DNA of 64,000 nucleotides, taken from contig OX597819.1 of the NCBI GenBank assembly GCA_951406725.2, positions 1,798,001 through 1,862,000 on the forward strand. Reading direction: 5' to 3'. Below, piece after piece: positions 15,250 to 28,248 of this stretch; position 1 is the first letter of the stretch, and every line of letters starts with the position of its first letter. The position numbers were made by a program, and so were the translations under genes. Source of the stretch: Octopus vulgaris (taxonomy: Eukaryota). Below the pieces are notes generated by a model. It did not search any database. It had not been told where the DNA came from and was given only the letters and a program-made list of their open reading frames with translations.

Positions 15250-16950
15250 AGGAAAATATAACATTATATTATCAACATTTGGAAAGTTTTTAAAACACGA
15301 ATAAACAAATATAGAGACAAAATGTACAATAAAATTAGAAAAACAAAGTGCCGTAATCTAATGAAAACAAAATAGAATCTATCATAAACGAAGCACGTAA
15401 CACTCCAGAAACGAAAGAAAAGCACACATCGGAAACAGCGACACCAGAAGTGAGAACTCAAAACCAAAATAAAATTGGTTTTTAACAGACCATGCAAGGA
15501 ACAACCAAGGTTGTGCAGTAAACTAAATTCTAATTGAGATTACGAATATCAAAGAAGCCCGTATACACATACACAATCGGCTCCACAGCTAGAACAGATA
15601 CAAACCATCCGTCCCACACCTAGCAGTAAATCAAAGAACAAGAAGAATCCAAATGGATCAACAAGACAGTATTAAGAATGATATAACTGAAATGATAAAA
15701 ACAACAGAAAAAAGAAAAAAATCAATGAATAAGGAGCAACACAAACACGTTCCTTAGCTACAAATGAATAAACGACTTTATGAAAGAATAGATATGATTG
15801 GAGCTTTCAAGAAATTCTGTGCTAGACAAAAGAAAAAGGTATTGAATTTTGACAGACTGCAGGATTTCATTTATTCTACAACAGTGGTAGTGACGAAGTA
15901 TACTTCGGATTTGATCCAATCCCATTCTCCCATAAGTAAAAAGTAATAGTGACTATCTTTACTTAGCGAGCCATTTGATATAATAAGAAAAAAAATCAAA
16001 TAAAAATAAATACATAAACAAGAAGCTATTCTGGAAGCAAACGCAAAACTCAAAGCAAGCAAAGCAGAAAAAACAAACTGAATTAAACGTTTCTCCCAGG
16101 GGAACAAACTGTTTTAAACAAATGTCAGAACATTAAAGAGAAGACATCAACAAATAACTATAACATCAGAAGACAACCCAACGCAGGACGCTACTGGCAA
16201 CGCCAAGTTCAAGTGTATGGGAAGGAATATGAAAAAACGACACTCAGCACAATAAAAATGTACAGTGCTTCGGAAACGAAGGAGAAAAAACACAATAGCG
16301 CCTCAACGTTGTTCTACCATAAGTAATACCTTAAGAGCTCTAACCAACTGCAATGTATCTAGGATAGAAAGTCTCCCGTTTTTGGATGAAGTCCATAGCC
16401 AGTACCCATGATTATATAGCACCAACATTCAATAAAGTGGTTAGCAGATACGAATTAAAGCTTGAATGGATGCTGAAAGTGGAAATATACTAATTCCACA
16501 AGAGAATACCAGGCACTCGCTATATTATAGACCTTTACTTATTAATGAGTTATGTCGTTACATTGATGTTGTGAAAGAGGCTGTTTGGGCATCTAGAAAA
16601 CGATAATATTTCTATAAGAATAAGAAACACTACCAGAAAAGAGTGTATAACTGAAGACAACCGCTACCAGTAAATCGAGTGTGATAGACGACTTTAAATG
16701 GTGACTCCGAGAAGGCATTTTCTAATATTTCACACTGGTGGACACTTAAAATATTCTACACAAACTAAGAAACTCAAGCACTAATAAAATAAAAAAGTTT
16801 GTCATAGTACAATGGAAAACGATTATGTCATTGGAAATGAAAAGGAAAACTTAGAGAGCAGCCCTACACCTGTGAGAGAAGTAATGATACACAGGCTCCT
16901 TACAATGCCAGCTCTTAGCATTCACATTCATTAACATTTCTATTGAAAGA
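15250..16950 (+). mobile_element. Highly decayed R4/Dong-like LINE remnant
   Basis: A-rich strand bias with scattered motifs in the expected order: NKLF, FWMK, EWM..ILIP and KAFSNISHWW. Confidence 0.45.
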
Positions 16951-17117
16951 AACCTATTATAAACTGATATCACAACTAGAAATAAACAAGTAATTATAAA
17001 CGCGCTAGCTGTTTCATTTATATATTACAGCTCCAACATAAAAACATTGGAAATTAAGTAGAACTTTATAGTATAGCAAGAAAACATTTGACAGCATTCT
17101 GAATCACCAGCACAAAG

Positions 17118-17166
<49 letters not shown>

Positions 17167-19807
17167 GGTGTTCCGAGTATATATGTCAGTTTGCATAAAA
17201 GGAGAAGAAAACAAAATATCGCGTCCAAAGATAAAATATTTTAAAAAAATAAGTTAAACGAAGGAATTACATTAAAGTGATAGAGCTCAACACTGTAACC
17301 TAATAACATGTGCACTGTATAAGATACATAATAATACTAGAGAAAATAAAGAATTTGAGAAAATATCAAGTTGCAAATGACACGTTTGAAAACATCAGGG
17401 AATTTACGATAAACAATGTCTCAATAACTGGAACCGAACAAGCGACAGAAAGAATACTTAGTGAAAAGGAAAAAAACATTAATAAGATGGGCCACCGTAA
17501 ATCAATGAAAGTATTTCAACAGAATCTACAAAACACGTACTGCTCCACAAAAGAAAGAACACAACACAAGGACAATTACAGATTCAATAAACGCGACCTC
17601 ATCTGAATGAACATATTGAAGAAACTACCAGACAAGCTAAATAAGTTACAATAAACAGAAGAACAATCAACCAAAATACAAAATGTTGATGAAGGCTTTT
17701 TCAAGAGCCGGCGAAACTGAACAAAATTTAGTACCCGCGGCATCACACTTAACAAACAAAACAAAAGAGATACCACAACACGTGATATTGAGTTAATCTA
17801 TATTCACCAGTTATATGGTATCTTCAGTTTTATATATTATCAGCATAAATACTTGTCCAAGTTACACATAAACAAGCAACTCATTGAAAAGAATATAAGA
17901 AAATGGAGTAGAGGTTTTTAAGAAATTCGGTCTACGGAAAAACAACTACCCGGGTATCAACAATGGGATAGCAGTATTGATAGATAATGGGTTTGTCACT
18001 AATACAGAGCTCGACAATGTTTTTCAGACAGCTGAGAAATTGTACTTCTAGAAAGTTTATTTTGTGGAGCTACGCACGTATTTGTGAGCTTTAAATCAAC
18101 TGAAAGTTAGGTGCTTGTTTCAGTCTTTTGTATACCGCGAGCACTTTTTACATATTTTGATATAAATTACGTGACGTTATTTTTCGGACATAATCGAATG
18201 CTTACTTTAATATCACCTTGAGCATTCCCTTAATTTTCTTGGACGAAGGCAGTAGGCAGTACTTCAATAAGTATTATCCTTCAAGAAATCTTTCTTTAAT
18301 TGACAAAAAAAAATTCGGATGAAAATGCATTCAAAAGAAATTAGTTCTTTAGTTTGATAGAAGAGAGAAGATGGCCTAAGCCGGAAGGAAATAGGTGTTG
18401 GTTTGAAGTCTTCAGTGGTGTATATGTTAAAAATGACTATAGCCGGAATAGGGAAAAGAGGAAGAAAAAAGTTGCTTGGAAAAGAACTGAAATGCGAATG
18501 AAGATAACTGTGACCCGTGTCCTGGTAGCTGGAAAAAAGGGAAACGGCATTGAAGGTGAAGGAGGAATGTGAAATAGATGTAAATGTTCCAACATTTCTA
18601 ATAACACTGACAGAAATTGAATACGTGTATGGAAAAGTCAAGAGGAAAATTTATTTAAGCAAAAAACGTAAGAAGGCAAAGGTAGACTGCGCAAAATTAT
18701 GGTTAACGTTTTTACAGCAGAGAAGCGATTCATGTTCCATGGACCCAATGACTGATGCTTTTGTAATCTCGCATGAACTGAGACACAAAAGAACCGTGTT
18801 AGCATTGTCATACAATACAACAGAAGCCAAAATAGGTATCACAGTTTCGAAACAATTAGAAAGTAGGAAGTAGCGTACTTCTTAATCAATTCAAGTTGGG
18901 GAGCATGCATCTCTGCAACTGAAGAACCGGCAGTGGAAACACTGTCATCTAGCATTAGACTGAAGTTAGGAATACGCTGTTCGTTGATTGGTTCGATACA
19001 GACTACGAAGTAGACAGGAACTGCAACGAGCATTCGAGCTGATTTGTCGTATTCTATTAGAAATACACAGGTTGGAAGCTTTTGCCGAATAACTGAGCAG
19101 TGGCGGTGAACCTCTACATCACTTCTGTGATTCATTATCATCTACATATCATGTTCTGGCCCTGGACGTGTCTGATCTCTTTCGCTTCGTCTGAAAGGAC
19201 TAGATTCCACTGATTAGGGTGTTGTTGTGCTATTGAAGTGCAAAGTTTTGCACTGCCCTTTAATTTGACGCAACAGTCGTGAGTCAAGCACAGATCAAAG
19301 TTGTACATCTGATACCTCTATTATACTAGGCGGTCACGATCCAATGTCAATCGAACAGACATTCTATAGAAGTTTATAAATGGGAATGACCGACAATGTA
19401 AAAATCGGGTGAGAACTCTAGATTGTTTGATTATTCGTTACCAGAGAGCTTTCAACTCAGGGATCGTGGGCAATTTCGTAACATCAAGTTTGATAGTGCT
19501 AAGAGCAAGGTTGGTGAGCATTGCCATTTTGAGTTCAGCTCTACAGATTGAGAAGTGCCATCAATAGGAATTGTCGGTGATGCGTGGAGAGCCAAGAAAG
19601 GGCTGGTTTTTCTTTAAGTGAGTTTTATGAAATAGTATTTACCTTAATGAAATAGAAACGTTTGGTGTGTTGTATTAAAATTACGTATGTCCTGGAAAGA
19701 AGGTAAAGTAAACTAAAAATATTTTCAAATTAAATAAATATGAAATATTTAGTTGATCTTGCCAACTTTTTAATATTTTAAGATATTTTCAGGAATATCT
19801 TTTATTT

Positions 19808-20180
19808 GTAGTTGTGTAGTAAGAAGCTTGGTTCAATCCTCATGATTCTGGGTTTGGTCATCCTGCATTGCATGACACCCTGGGCAAGTGTCTTCTTGCT
19901 CAAAATTCCACGGAAGCTTTATGACTTACGTAATGTGTGTGTGTGTGTGGGTGTGTGTGTGTGTGTGGGTGTGTGTGTGCATAATCGAGTGTTTGTACAT
20001 CACCTTTACTTGTCAGTGTTGGTTTGTTTACGTATCCGTAACTTAGCGGATCGGCAAAAAGATTCCGATAAAAAAGTACCAGACTTTAAAATAAATACTG
20101 GAGTCGATCTGTTCGTCCAAAATCTTCAAAGCAGTGCCCCAGCATGGCCACGGTTGAATGACTGAAACATATTAAAGAAA
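19808..20180 (+). mobile_element. SINE family B copy
   Basis: Shares gacaccctgggcaagtgtcttct, cgtaacttagcgg.tcggcaaaa and cagcatggcc..gactgaaac with 58485-58950. Confidence 0.75.
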
Positions 20181-21004
20181 AATGGTTGTATCGTACTAGT
20201 TTGGATTCATAAATACACTTCATTCTGTTTCGATAATACAAATAACAGAGCAAATATTAATGAAATTTTTAGGGTCCGTTAAACATCGTTTTTCATGATT
20301 CAAAGGAAATGGTTATTTGATAGCCGTATGGATCTATATTATGAAACTCATAATCAATCTCGGAGTAGAATCAATATATTATAAAATGCAGTATACACAC
20401 ATTAAGAAATGTTCAATGAAAGATCAAAACTATCTGTCAGATACATTCTTCATTCATCGACTTCTCATTATAAACAGCCAATAATACAACTAAGTTTTTT
20501 TTTTATATTTAAATTTATTTGAATGAGGTCGGATTTATTAGCAAATTTTAAGAAAAATGTTAATATAAAATTTCTTAGGAATTTCATTACTTCATAACAT
20601 TAATTTAAATTCATTCAATATTATTTGTAGTATTAAGAATATATGTGTGTTAATTAAAATTAACATTATTTGAACAGAAGAAAAATATTGCCAAAGTAGA
20701 GCCTTCAAAGTGAGACGTATGAGAGATATTATTGTTCACCGACTTAATGATGAATTCTATTTTTTATGAAAGGTTACTATTTTAAATGAATAATTGAAAT
20801 TTATACAAGAAAACCCGCAAATATTAAAACACTCTCAAACTAACAAATGCGAATAGACAAGAACTGAATATGGTATGACATTTCTTTATTTCCATTCCAT
20901 CTATCCCATAATGATACGTTAGCTAGAAATATGCACACAAAATACAGACACACGCACATGTATATATAAATTTATGTATATATAGTTATGTACATATACA
21001 TATA

Positions 21005-21072
<68 letters not shown>

Positions 21073-21832
21073 TATAATATAAAATAAATATATGCACATA
21101 CACATACATATATGTACATACCTACATATATATGTATATATAGATGCATATATGGGTACAGGACATCAAAAAGACGTTAAACACAATGAGAAACGAAAAC
21201 GTAAAAACAAAAATATAGAAACAACCTTTTTTTCAAACAGAAAAATGAGACATGCAACATAAAGAATATTCCCATTCTTCAGTTGTCCCTGTTTCATCTA
21301 TTCCGTGTTCCGAAGGTAAGGACAAGGCGCGACTTCGTTGAAACAGACCTTCCCGCAAAGCAAATTAAATAAAATTTGGGATTTTTTGCGGAGGGTGAAA
21401 ATGGTCACAAGAACAGGACAGTGAGAACAAAACAGTAAAAACAATAAAAAAGTAAAATCATTAAAAGACAGAAGAAGGAGAAGAAAACAGTAAAAAAAAA
21501 AACGATGAAGGTTGTTAAGCCAAGACGATGGAAAAATTATTCTGAACGCTTAAGGAGACGGGCTTATGAAGAGACAGGATATGCCCGTTTATTCTTCGTG
21601 AAGGTAGTAGTCAGGATGATGGCTTCCCTCTCATCACGTGTGAGCAACGAGAGAGTCGAGGAGGAGGAGTGAGAGAAAGGGAACGGTAAATGGGACAGGA
21701 GAAGAACAGGGAAGGGTGGGAGAGAAAAACAGAAAGGATGAAGAACAAGAGGGGAGAGAGATAGACAGAGAAGAGATAGTAAAGAAGAAGGGTGCGCATC
21801 GTAATTATTAAGATAAAATTTGCTTGTTCCAA

Positions 21833-21936
<104 letters not shown>

Positions 21937-22053
21937 ATACATATAGTATACAAGGCTGATTCTTTCAGATGATGCGTTTTGTGATATATTTCCTTTAACT
22001 TCCATCCGATGTTACAGATTTTTTTCTTGGCTACTTAGAGCATGATACTGACA

Positions 22054-22792
22054 ATAAGGAGAATGAAGAATTTGAACATTCAAACTCTTTCTTTGTTTAC
22101 AGTTGGTCTTCGACGCGTGTTTCGGTCGTATTAATTGTATATTGTCGCATATTAATGTGCAGCGATTTATGCATTATTAGTATGACCTCTTCAGAGTGTA
22201 TAAATATGACATTGTTCGAAGAGGAAATTTGTCTTGGGAGTAGAAGTAGTAAACCATGGTATACATGGATGAGCTGTCATCACAACTGATCATTTTGGTA
22301 AAGTTCGGCAGCATCAGCAGCAGTGTTTGTTGAACTTGCCAAATTTTCCTGGTCATTTGGAGAGTAGTTATTTATAGAATACTTTTCGTTTGAATGATTC
22401 TACATTCTTTAGAGTCACATGTCTTTTTGATGGATTTCAGAGTTGGGTGTGTTATTTGAATTTTTGTGAAGGTTATTAATAGTAGTAGTGAATTTATTAG
22501 TAATTATCTAAGTAATTATCCACGACTAGATTAGTAATTATCGATTACTGTTATTAATAAGCTTCACAAAAATTCAAATAACCTTACCAAATCTGAAAGC
22601 CATAAAAGGTCATGTGACTATAAAGATTGTAGAATCATTCAAAAGAAAAGTATTCTATAAATAACCACTTCCCAAATGACCAAGAAAATTTGCCAACTTC
22701 AACAAGCGCTGTTGCTGATACTACAATCAGTTGTGAAAAACACTTCATCTATGAATGTCATTGTTTACTACTACTACTACTACTACTACTAG

Positions 22793-22858
<66 letters not shown>

Positions 22859-23074
22859 CAAGCCTAATTCAAACTACTAAAGGAGGAAAAATCCTCTTCG
22901 GACAATGTCATATTTGTACACCCTGAAGATATCGTATTAATAATGCATAAATCGCTGCATATAAATGTGTAACAGTATGCGATTAATGCGATTGAAACAC
23001 GTGTTGGAAAATTTTCACGGATAAACCAACTGTAAATAAAGAAAGAGTTTGAATGTTCAAATTCTTCACTCTCC

Positions 23075-23078
<4 letters not shown>
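22054..23078. repeat. Long diverged inverted repeat (arms about 22054-22490 and 22545-23078), probably inverted Penelope pLTRs, each with a hammerhead-like motif
   Basis: For example gaagaatttgaacattcaaactctttc pairs with gaaagagtttgaatgttcaaattcttc. CTGAAGA..long stem II..GAAACACG(C/T)GT(C/T) occurs at 22108-22198 (-) and 22919-23008 (+). The right arm has a (CTA)n expansion. Confidence 0.8.
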
Positions 23079-23144
<66 letters not shown>

Positions 23145-23153
23145 GCCTGTCTG

Positions 23154-23205
<52 letters not shown>

Positions 23206-23399
23206 GCATAACAGAAAACAATCATCCTTGCATAACACCACCACACTCATAAGAATCATACACGTGACACAAACACACACAACACATTGAAATCTCTCTA
23301 CTCAGATGCAGTAGGGAGATTTCAAAAGTACATATCAAAAAATATACAAAACCTTCTGAGAGAAGATAGTGAGGTGAAGAACAACCAACTTTCGAACAG

Positions 23400-23516
<117 letters not shown>

Positions 23517-23589
23517 CTATCTATCTATTTCTCATTATTTTCCTTTTCCTTTCGTGTGTAAAGCAAAACTTTCGTTAGGAAGATGCTTA

Positions 23590-24610
23590 GAATAGTTTGT
23601 ATAAATGTGCGTGGCTTGGGGTAGCCTTGGAAACAAGGCTACCTGTTGAACAACATCAAGTCACATAACGTGCATATCGGAGCCATTAGTGAAACCAGAC
23701 TTCACAACTCGCGGGCCCTTCAGCACAAGTTCGGCGGACAATTCGACATTTATTTTATTCCGTGTCTGCCGAGAATAGACGGTGGTACCGCGGTGCTTTT
23801 TCGGAAGAGTCTGGACCTCAAATTAAGGGCAATATTCCTTGACCCGGAGGGTAGACTAGTTGTCTTAGATGTTGATGGCAGTAATGGATGTGGTTTTTGA
23901 CTGATAACAGTTTATGTACTCTCCTTAACAGGTCGACTGGATTTCTTTGTCAGAGCTAGGATAGATGCTCTGAGAAACGAAGGAATTGGAACTGCTCGAG
24001 AAGTCCGAGTGGCAGAGGCGCAACGAGGCAACAAAGCCACCATCAGGTCTCTGACAGATGAACAGAGGGCGAGTTACTCGAGCCCGAAAGGATATGTGAG
24101 GCCTTTCAACAGCACTTTGCCTGACTGTTCGGGACACTGGTGGGTCAGAACGCAGGGTGGATTTTAGTGCCTACCTGCATGGCCTGTCACGACACTCGGC
24201 AAGAGAGGCAACATGTTGTAAAAGACCCATCACAGCCCCGGACGTACGGGATGCAATGGCAGGCTGCGCAGGAGATAAGTTGTCAGGTTTGGATGGTCTG
24301 CCCTACGAGCTTTATTGTCATATGCCAGACTTGATTGGAGGCGTCTTGGCAGCAGTCTACTGCAACTAGCAGCAAAACGGGAGTATCCCCAGTTTTGTGA
24401 GTCGAGAAGCGGTGACACTGCTAAAGAAAGACCCAAGCAAGGGGAACGTCATAGATAACTTCAGGCCTATCAACGCAGATTTGAAGATTTTGGCTTAGGT
24501 GCTACCTGAGAGGTTGGCGTTTGTCACCGAGAAACTGGTCGGCAAGGCGAAAACATGCGCCGTGCCGGGCAGGAGTATCCATGACAACCTCAGTCTGATG
24601 CGCTACATCA
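23590..24610 (+). mobile_element. Degenerate, internally deleted Tx1/L1-like LINE ORF2 (APE endonuclease start plus RT N-terminus)
   Basis: APE motifs INVRGL, AISETRL, GGTAVLFRK and DPEGRLVVLD. RT motifs KLSGLDGLPYELY, VTLLKK, NFRPINADLKILA and AVPGRSIHDNL. Contains stops and frameshifts. Confidence 0.9.
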
Positions 24611-25172
24611 CTGATACTTGTTTTGGGGGCTCAGATTGACACCCGACACTGAACTGTTCGTATTGGAGCTTTCGGCGCAAATGCCAAGCAGTACAGCATG
24701 TCGTTTCCAGATTTCTGGCCGAATGAAATGCGTCATGGTGCTGATTTTCTTACAAACAGAGCCCAACTGCCCATACTATACTGTGTAGTCAACAAAATCA
24801 AACAACCCAATGGGCATGTGCGAAGTTAAAAATATAATATGGCGACAATTTATCCTTCACACACCTATATGTATGTATGTATGTTTGTATATGTGTGTGT
24901 GTATGTATGTATGCATGCATGAATTATGGCCTATACATTGTGACAAATTACCTGAATAATATAAATATAAATATCAAGACAAAAATAGCAGACAATCACA
25001 AATATATTTATGTATACTGTATAATATATATATACAAGAAATATTACAATATATACAAGTATTACTTGTATTAATAATTTTTACTGTATCCCAGTCTTTT
25101 TTTACGCTAGGCCACTTGGCGTTTTGAATTGATGTTATTAATTAATATTCAATTTTTTTCACCCTTATTGTG

Positions 25173-25211
<39 letters not shown>

Positions 25212-26060
25212 TTTATTTCAAATACAATTGGCACTCAATGGTGTTTGGTCTCTGTTAGGTATTGTTTTACCTTTTGCAAGACTCATAAAATAGGATATGG
25301 TTTTAGAAAAGTAAGTCAAGTCACTAAGATACTTTAAATATATACCTGTAAAGGTAACACTGTAGAATAAAGAAGTAATATTTAAGAAATACTTCAAACC
25401 TGGAAATTCTACGCTTCAGAGTAACTGAACTAACGCAGTTACAATTTCAAACGAAAGCAAACGGATCTGCTGTGTTCAATTACATATTTATGTCGGACTT
25501 AAGATGAATTAACAGAGATGGAAAAGGAATGTAGCAGCATTCAGTAATTTTGGTTTAGGTGGGCAACAATGTCAGGCGAACGCATATAATGAAGACCAGG
25601 CAAAGGGGGAGTAAGAAAGAAGGAGAGAAGGATGGGGAGGACACAACACGCTTGCGGGTTATTGTCTTTAGAGATATTAGAGAGTGAATGTTCCTCAATT
25701 AGGAGTGTGAATTTGGTCAAGGAATTAGAGAATGTACGATGCTGCACCATCTCTGCAGTCATGCATAATTAAAGGAATGGAACGATGTACTGAATCTAAC
25801 AAATTGAAATTTCCATCGGATTCGTAAAAGTAATAAAGACTAAATATATTCCATTGGCATTAGAATAATCACAAATGGGAATAGATACAATATCATTTGG
25901 TTATAGAATTTAGAGCACGATCAAATATTCTCTTTTCGTATCTGTATTTAGAATGAAACTAACAATATATTTCACATAAGCAGCTATTATATATGTGTGT
26001 GTGTGTGCGTGTGTGTGTGTGTATGTATGCATGTATGTATGTATATATGCATGTATATAG

Positions 26061-26790
26061 AAGAGTTAAGGAGTGGAGCAGATAAGATCTAGGCTATATA
26101 TATATATTTCGTAGTGAGCGGAACATCGGAAGTGGTAACTATCCAAGCGGAGTGGATACCGCGAGCAAATACTCCATTTTGTTGGTAAATGGGATATCCA
26201 TAAGCGAAAAGTTTAATTTCATTTGTTCGATTTTTGCGTCTTCGACACAGTTAACGTTCACTAGGTTCACTAGGAGCAAGTGATATATAAATATAAGATC
26301 CAAGAATGGAAGTCTAGCAAGAAAGTTAGCTTCATGCAATCCTTAGTAAATATTTAAAAAAAGAACAACTTTCAAAAACAATAGGGGTTTATTGAGACGG
26401 AAGGTTGTGGAATTTTTCGCATCGAAATACGATTTTGTTCTTAATTTAGTGAACCTCGATCTTTGGATCTTATATCTATATATCACTTATATTTATATCC
26501 CACGTACCAACAAAGCGGACTACTTGCTCGCGGTGTACATCTCGCTTGGATATTTACCGCTTCCGATGATCGGCTCGCAATGAAACATACGTAGCCCGAA
26601 TCTTATATACTCCATTCCTTAACTCTTGTATTGTTATTCGCATACCCGACAAACCTGGTCGCCTACACTGAAACATAAAAAGAACTTTTTTTTCATTTAT
26701 CGTACTTTGATACGAAAAAAATCCACAACCTTCTGTCTCAATAAACCACTATTGTCTCTGAAAGTTGTTTTTTTTATTATATTTACTGTA
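26061..26790. mobile_element. Fold-back/MITE with nested inverted repeats
   Basis: Three pairings: 26061-26200 with 26495-26627, 26277-26310 with 26460-26490, and 26345-26432 with 26698-26786. Confidence 0.7.
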
Positions 26791-26984
26791 GATTGCTTGA
26801 AGCTACATCTTATATGTATATATATATATATACACAAAGAGAGATCGAGAGAGAGAGAGAGAGATAGTAATGTAGACAAACACGATTAAGCTTCACATAC
26901 AAAAAAGCCTCTATACATATATAAAGAGAGATACACATGGATGTGTATATATATATATATATATAACGGTAAGCTTTATGAAAA

Positions 26985-27155
26985 TAGACAAAAGACGAAG
27001 GCAGGTTTACGGAAATAAACAAAAGACGAAGGCAGGTGGAATACAAACAAACAATTGTATTAGTATGGCGCTCAGGAAATATAAATGAAACAAGTCTTTA
27101 ACGTTTCGAGTCTACGCTCTTCAACAGAAAGATACACAGAGAAAAAAAACACAGA
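26985..27155 (-). mobile_element. Probable Penelope pLTR fragment with weak hammerhead-like motif
   Basis: Minus strand reads tctttctg TTGAAGA gcgtagactc GAAACGTTA aaga (27095-27132). Stem I needs a bulge. Lies among TA-rich tracts. Confidence 0.35.
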
Positions 27156-27198
27156 TATATATATAGGCATATACTCAGAAGATAGACGCATACATACA

Positions 27199-27246
<48 letters not shown>

Positions 27247-27415
27247 ACATAAGGGACTAAAGCCATCTGAATATGGCTAGGGACAGGGCAGGGTGGTGGG
27301 GGTGTTACTGTTGCATTTAGCCCCAGGCGAACATCGACGTCACCAGAAAGGCTCGACACCGTCACGGTGCCCTAAACCTGCAAAGGGAGGTAATTCCCCG
27401 ATGAAGCGGAAACCA

Positions 27416-27461
27416 CACACGGACCATGGTTTCAAGGTGTATTGCCTATCATCGGCGTGTG
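27416..27461 (-). ncRNA. Type I minimal hammerhead ribozyme (U4C core variant), copy 1
   Basis: Minus strand reads cacacg CCGATGA t agg caataca cct t GAAA ccatgg TC cgtgtg. It has a 6-bp stem I, a 3-bp stem II, a palindromic stem III (ACCATGGT) and a GUC triplet. Predicted cut is between 27422 and 27421. Confidence 0.75.
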
Positions 27462-27775
27462 GTAGGCCTCCGCTTCCTCGACGAATTCTCACTCTGCAGG
27501 ATTTTCTTATATAGATTTTCAAGCAAAATACATTTGCTGATTTCGAAAATCTGTTCGAAAGCAATAATAATTCTCTAAAAGGGATATAGACAGTAACTGC
27601 TCGATAACATAAGGGACTAAAGCCATCTGAATATGGCTAGGGACAGGGCAGGGTGGTGGGGGTGTTACTGTTGCATTTAGCCCCAGGCGAACATCGACGT
27701 CACCAGAAAGGCTCGACACCGTCACGGTGCCCTAAACCTGCAAAGGGAGGTAATTCCCCGATGAAGCGGAAACCA

Positions 27776-27821
27776 CACACGGACCATGGTTTCAAGGTGT
27801 ATTGCCTATCATCGGCGTGTG
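27776..27821 (-). ncRNA. Type I minimal hammerhead ribozyme (U4C core variant), copy 2
   Basis: Identical motif 360 bp from copy 1. Confidence 0.75.
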
Positions 27822-28081
27822 GTAGGCCTCCGCTTTCTCGACGAATTCTCACTCTGCAGGATTTTCTTATATAGATTTTCAAGCAAAATACATTTGCTGA
27901 TTTCGAAAATCTGTTCGAAAGCAATAATAATTCTCTAAAAGGGATATAGACAGTAACTGCTCGATAACATAAGGGACTAAAGCCATCTGAATATGGCTAG
28001 GGACAGGGCAGGGTGGTGGGGGTGTTACTGTTGCATTTAGCCCCAGGCGAACATCGACGTCACCAGAAAGGCTCGACACCG

Positions 28082-28157
<76 letters not shown>

Positions 28158-28210
28158 GAAAAAACAAGTAAAAAATAGAAAATGCTAAAATAATTTTATA
28201 GTGAACATTT

Positions 28211-28248
28211 CAGTACCGGTTTCGGTCATTTTGAGACCTTTTCAACTG
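28211..28248 (-). ncRNA. Penelope pLTR minimal hammerhead with U3-A8 core
   Basis: Minus strand reads cag TTGAAAA ggtc tcaaaat gacc GAAA ccgg TA ctg. It has a 3-bp stem I, a 4-bp stem II, palindromic ACCGGT and a GUA site, and lies downstream of the GIY-YIG ORF on the same strand. Confidence 0.7.

Larger units (their letters stand above)
27244..28084 (-). mobile_element. Candidate non-LTR retrozyme: 360-bp unit in 2.33 head-to-tail copies with a hammerhead ribozyme per full unit
   Basis: Units are 27244-27603, 27604-27963 and a partial 27964-28084. I see one mismatch between units 1 and 2 (27476 C vs 27836 T). Both flanks are (TA)n. There is no credible protein, and the hammerhead is on the minus strand. 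Confidence 0.75.

Noticed and set aside
18300-19620. Possible decayed ORF1 (+) and LTR gag/protease (-) remnants
   Set aside because: Composition is suggestive but no diagnostic motif survives.
21255-21355. CTGAAGA and GAAAC-like motifs on the minus strand
   Set aside because: Order and pairing do not give a consistent hammerhead.
25541-25790. Possible CR1/L2-like LINE 3' end on the minus strand
   Set aside because: Only a vague resemblance over about 20 residues.
27300-27485. Pistol-like (ttagccccaggcg) and HDV-like (ttcctcg) resemblance in the 360-bp unit
   Set aside because: The required P1/pseudoknot and P3 pairings could not be built.
27293-27924. Short ORFs (68-74 aa) repeated in the 360-bp units
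   Set aside because: No recognisable motifs, and they use alternative starts. The RNA structure explains the unit better, though coding cannot be formally excluded.
27244-28084. CRISPR-like array
   Set aside because: Units are long and near-identical with no unique spacers, and the context is eukaryotic.
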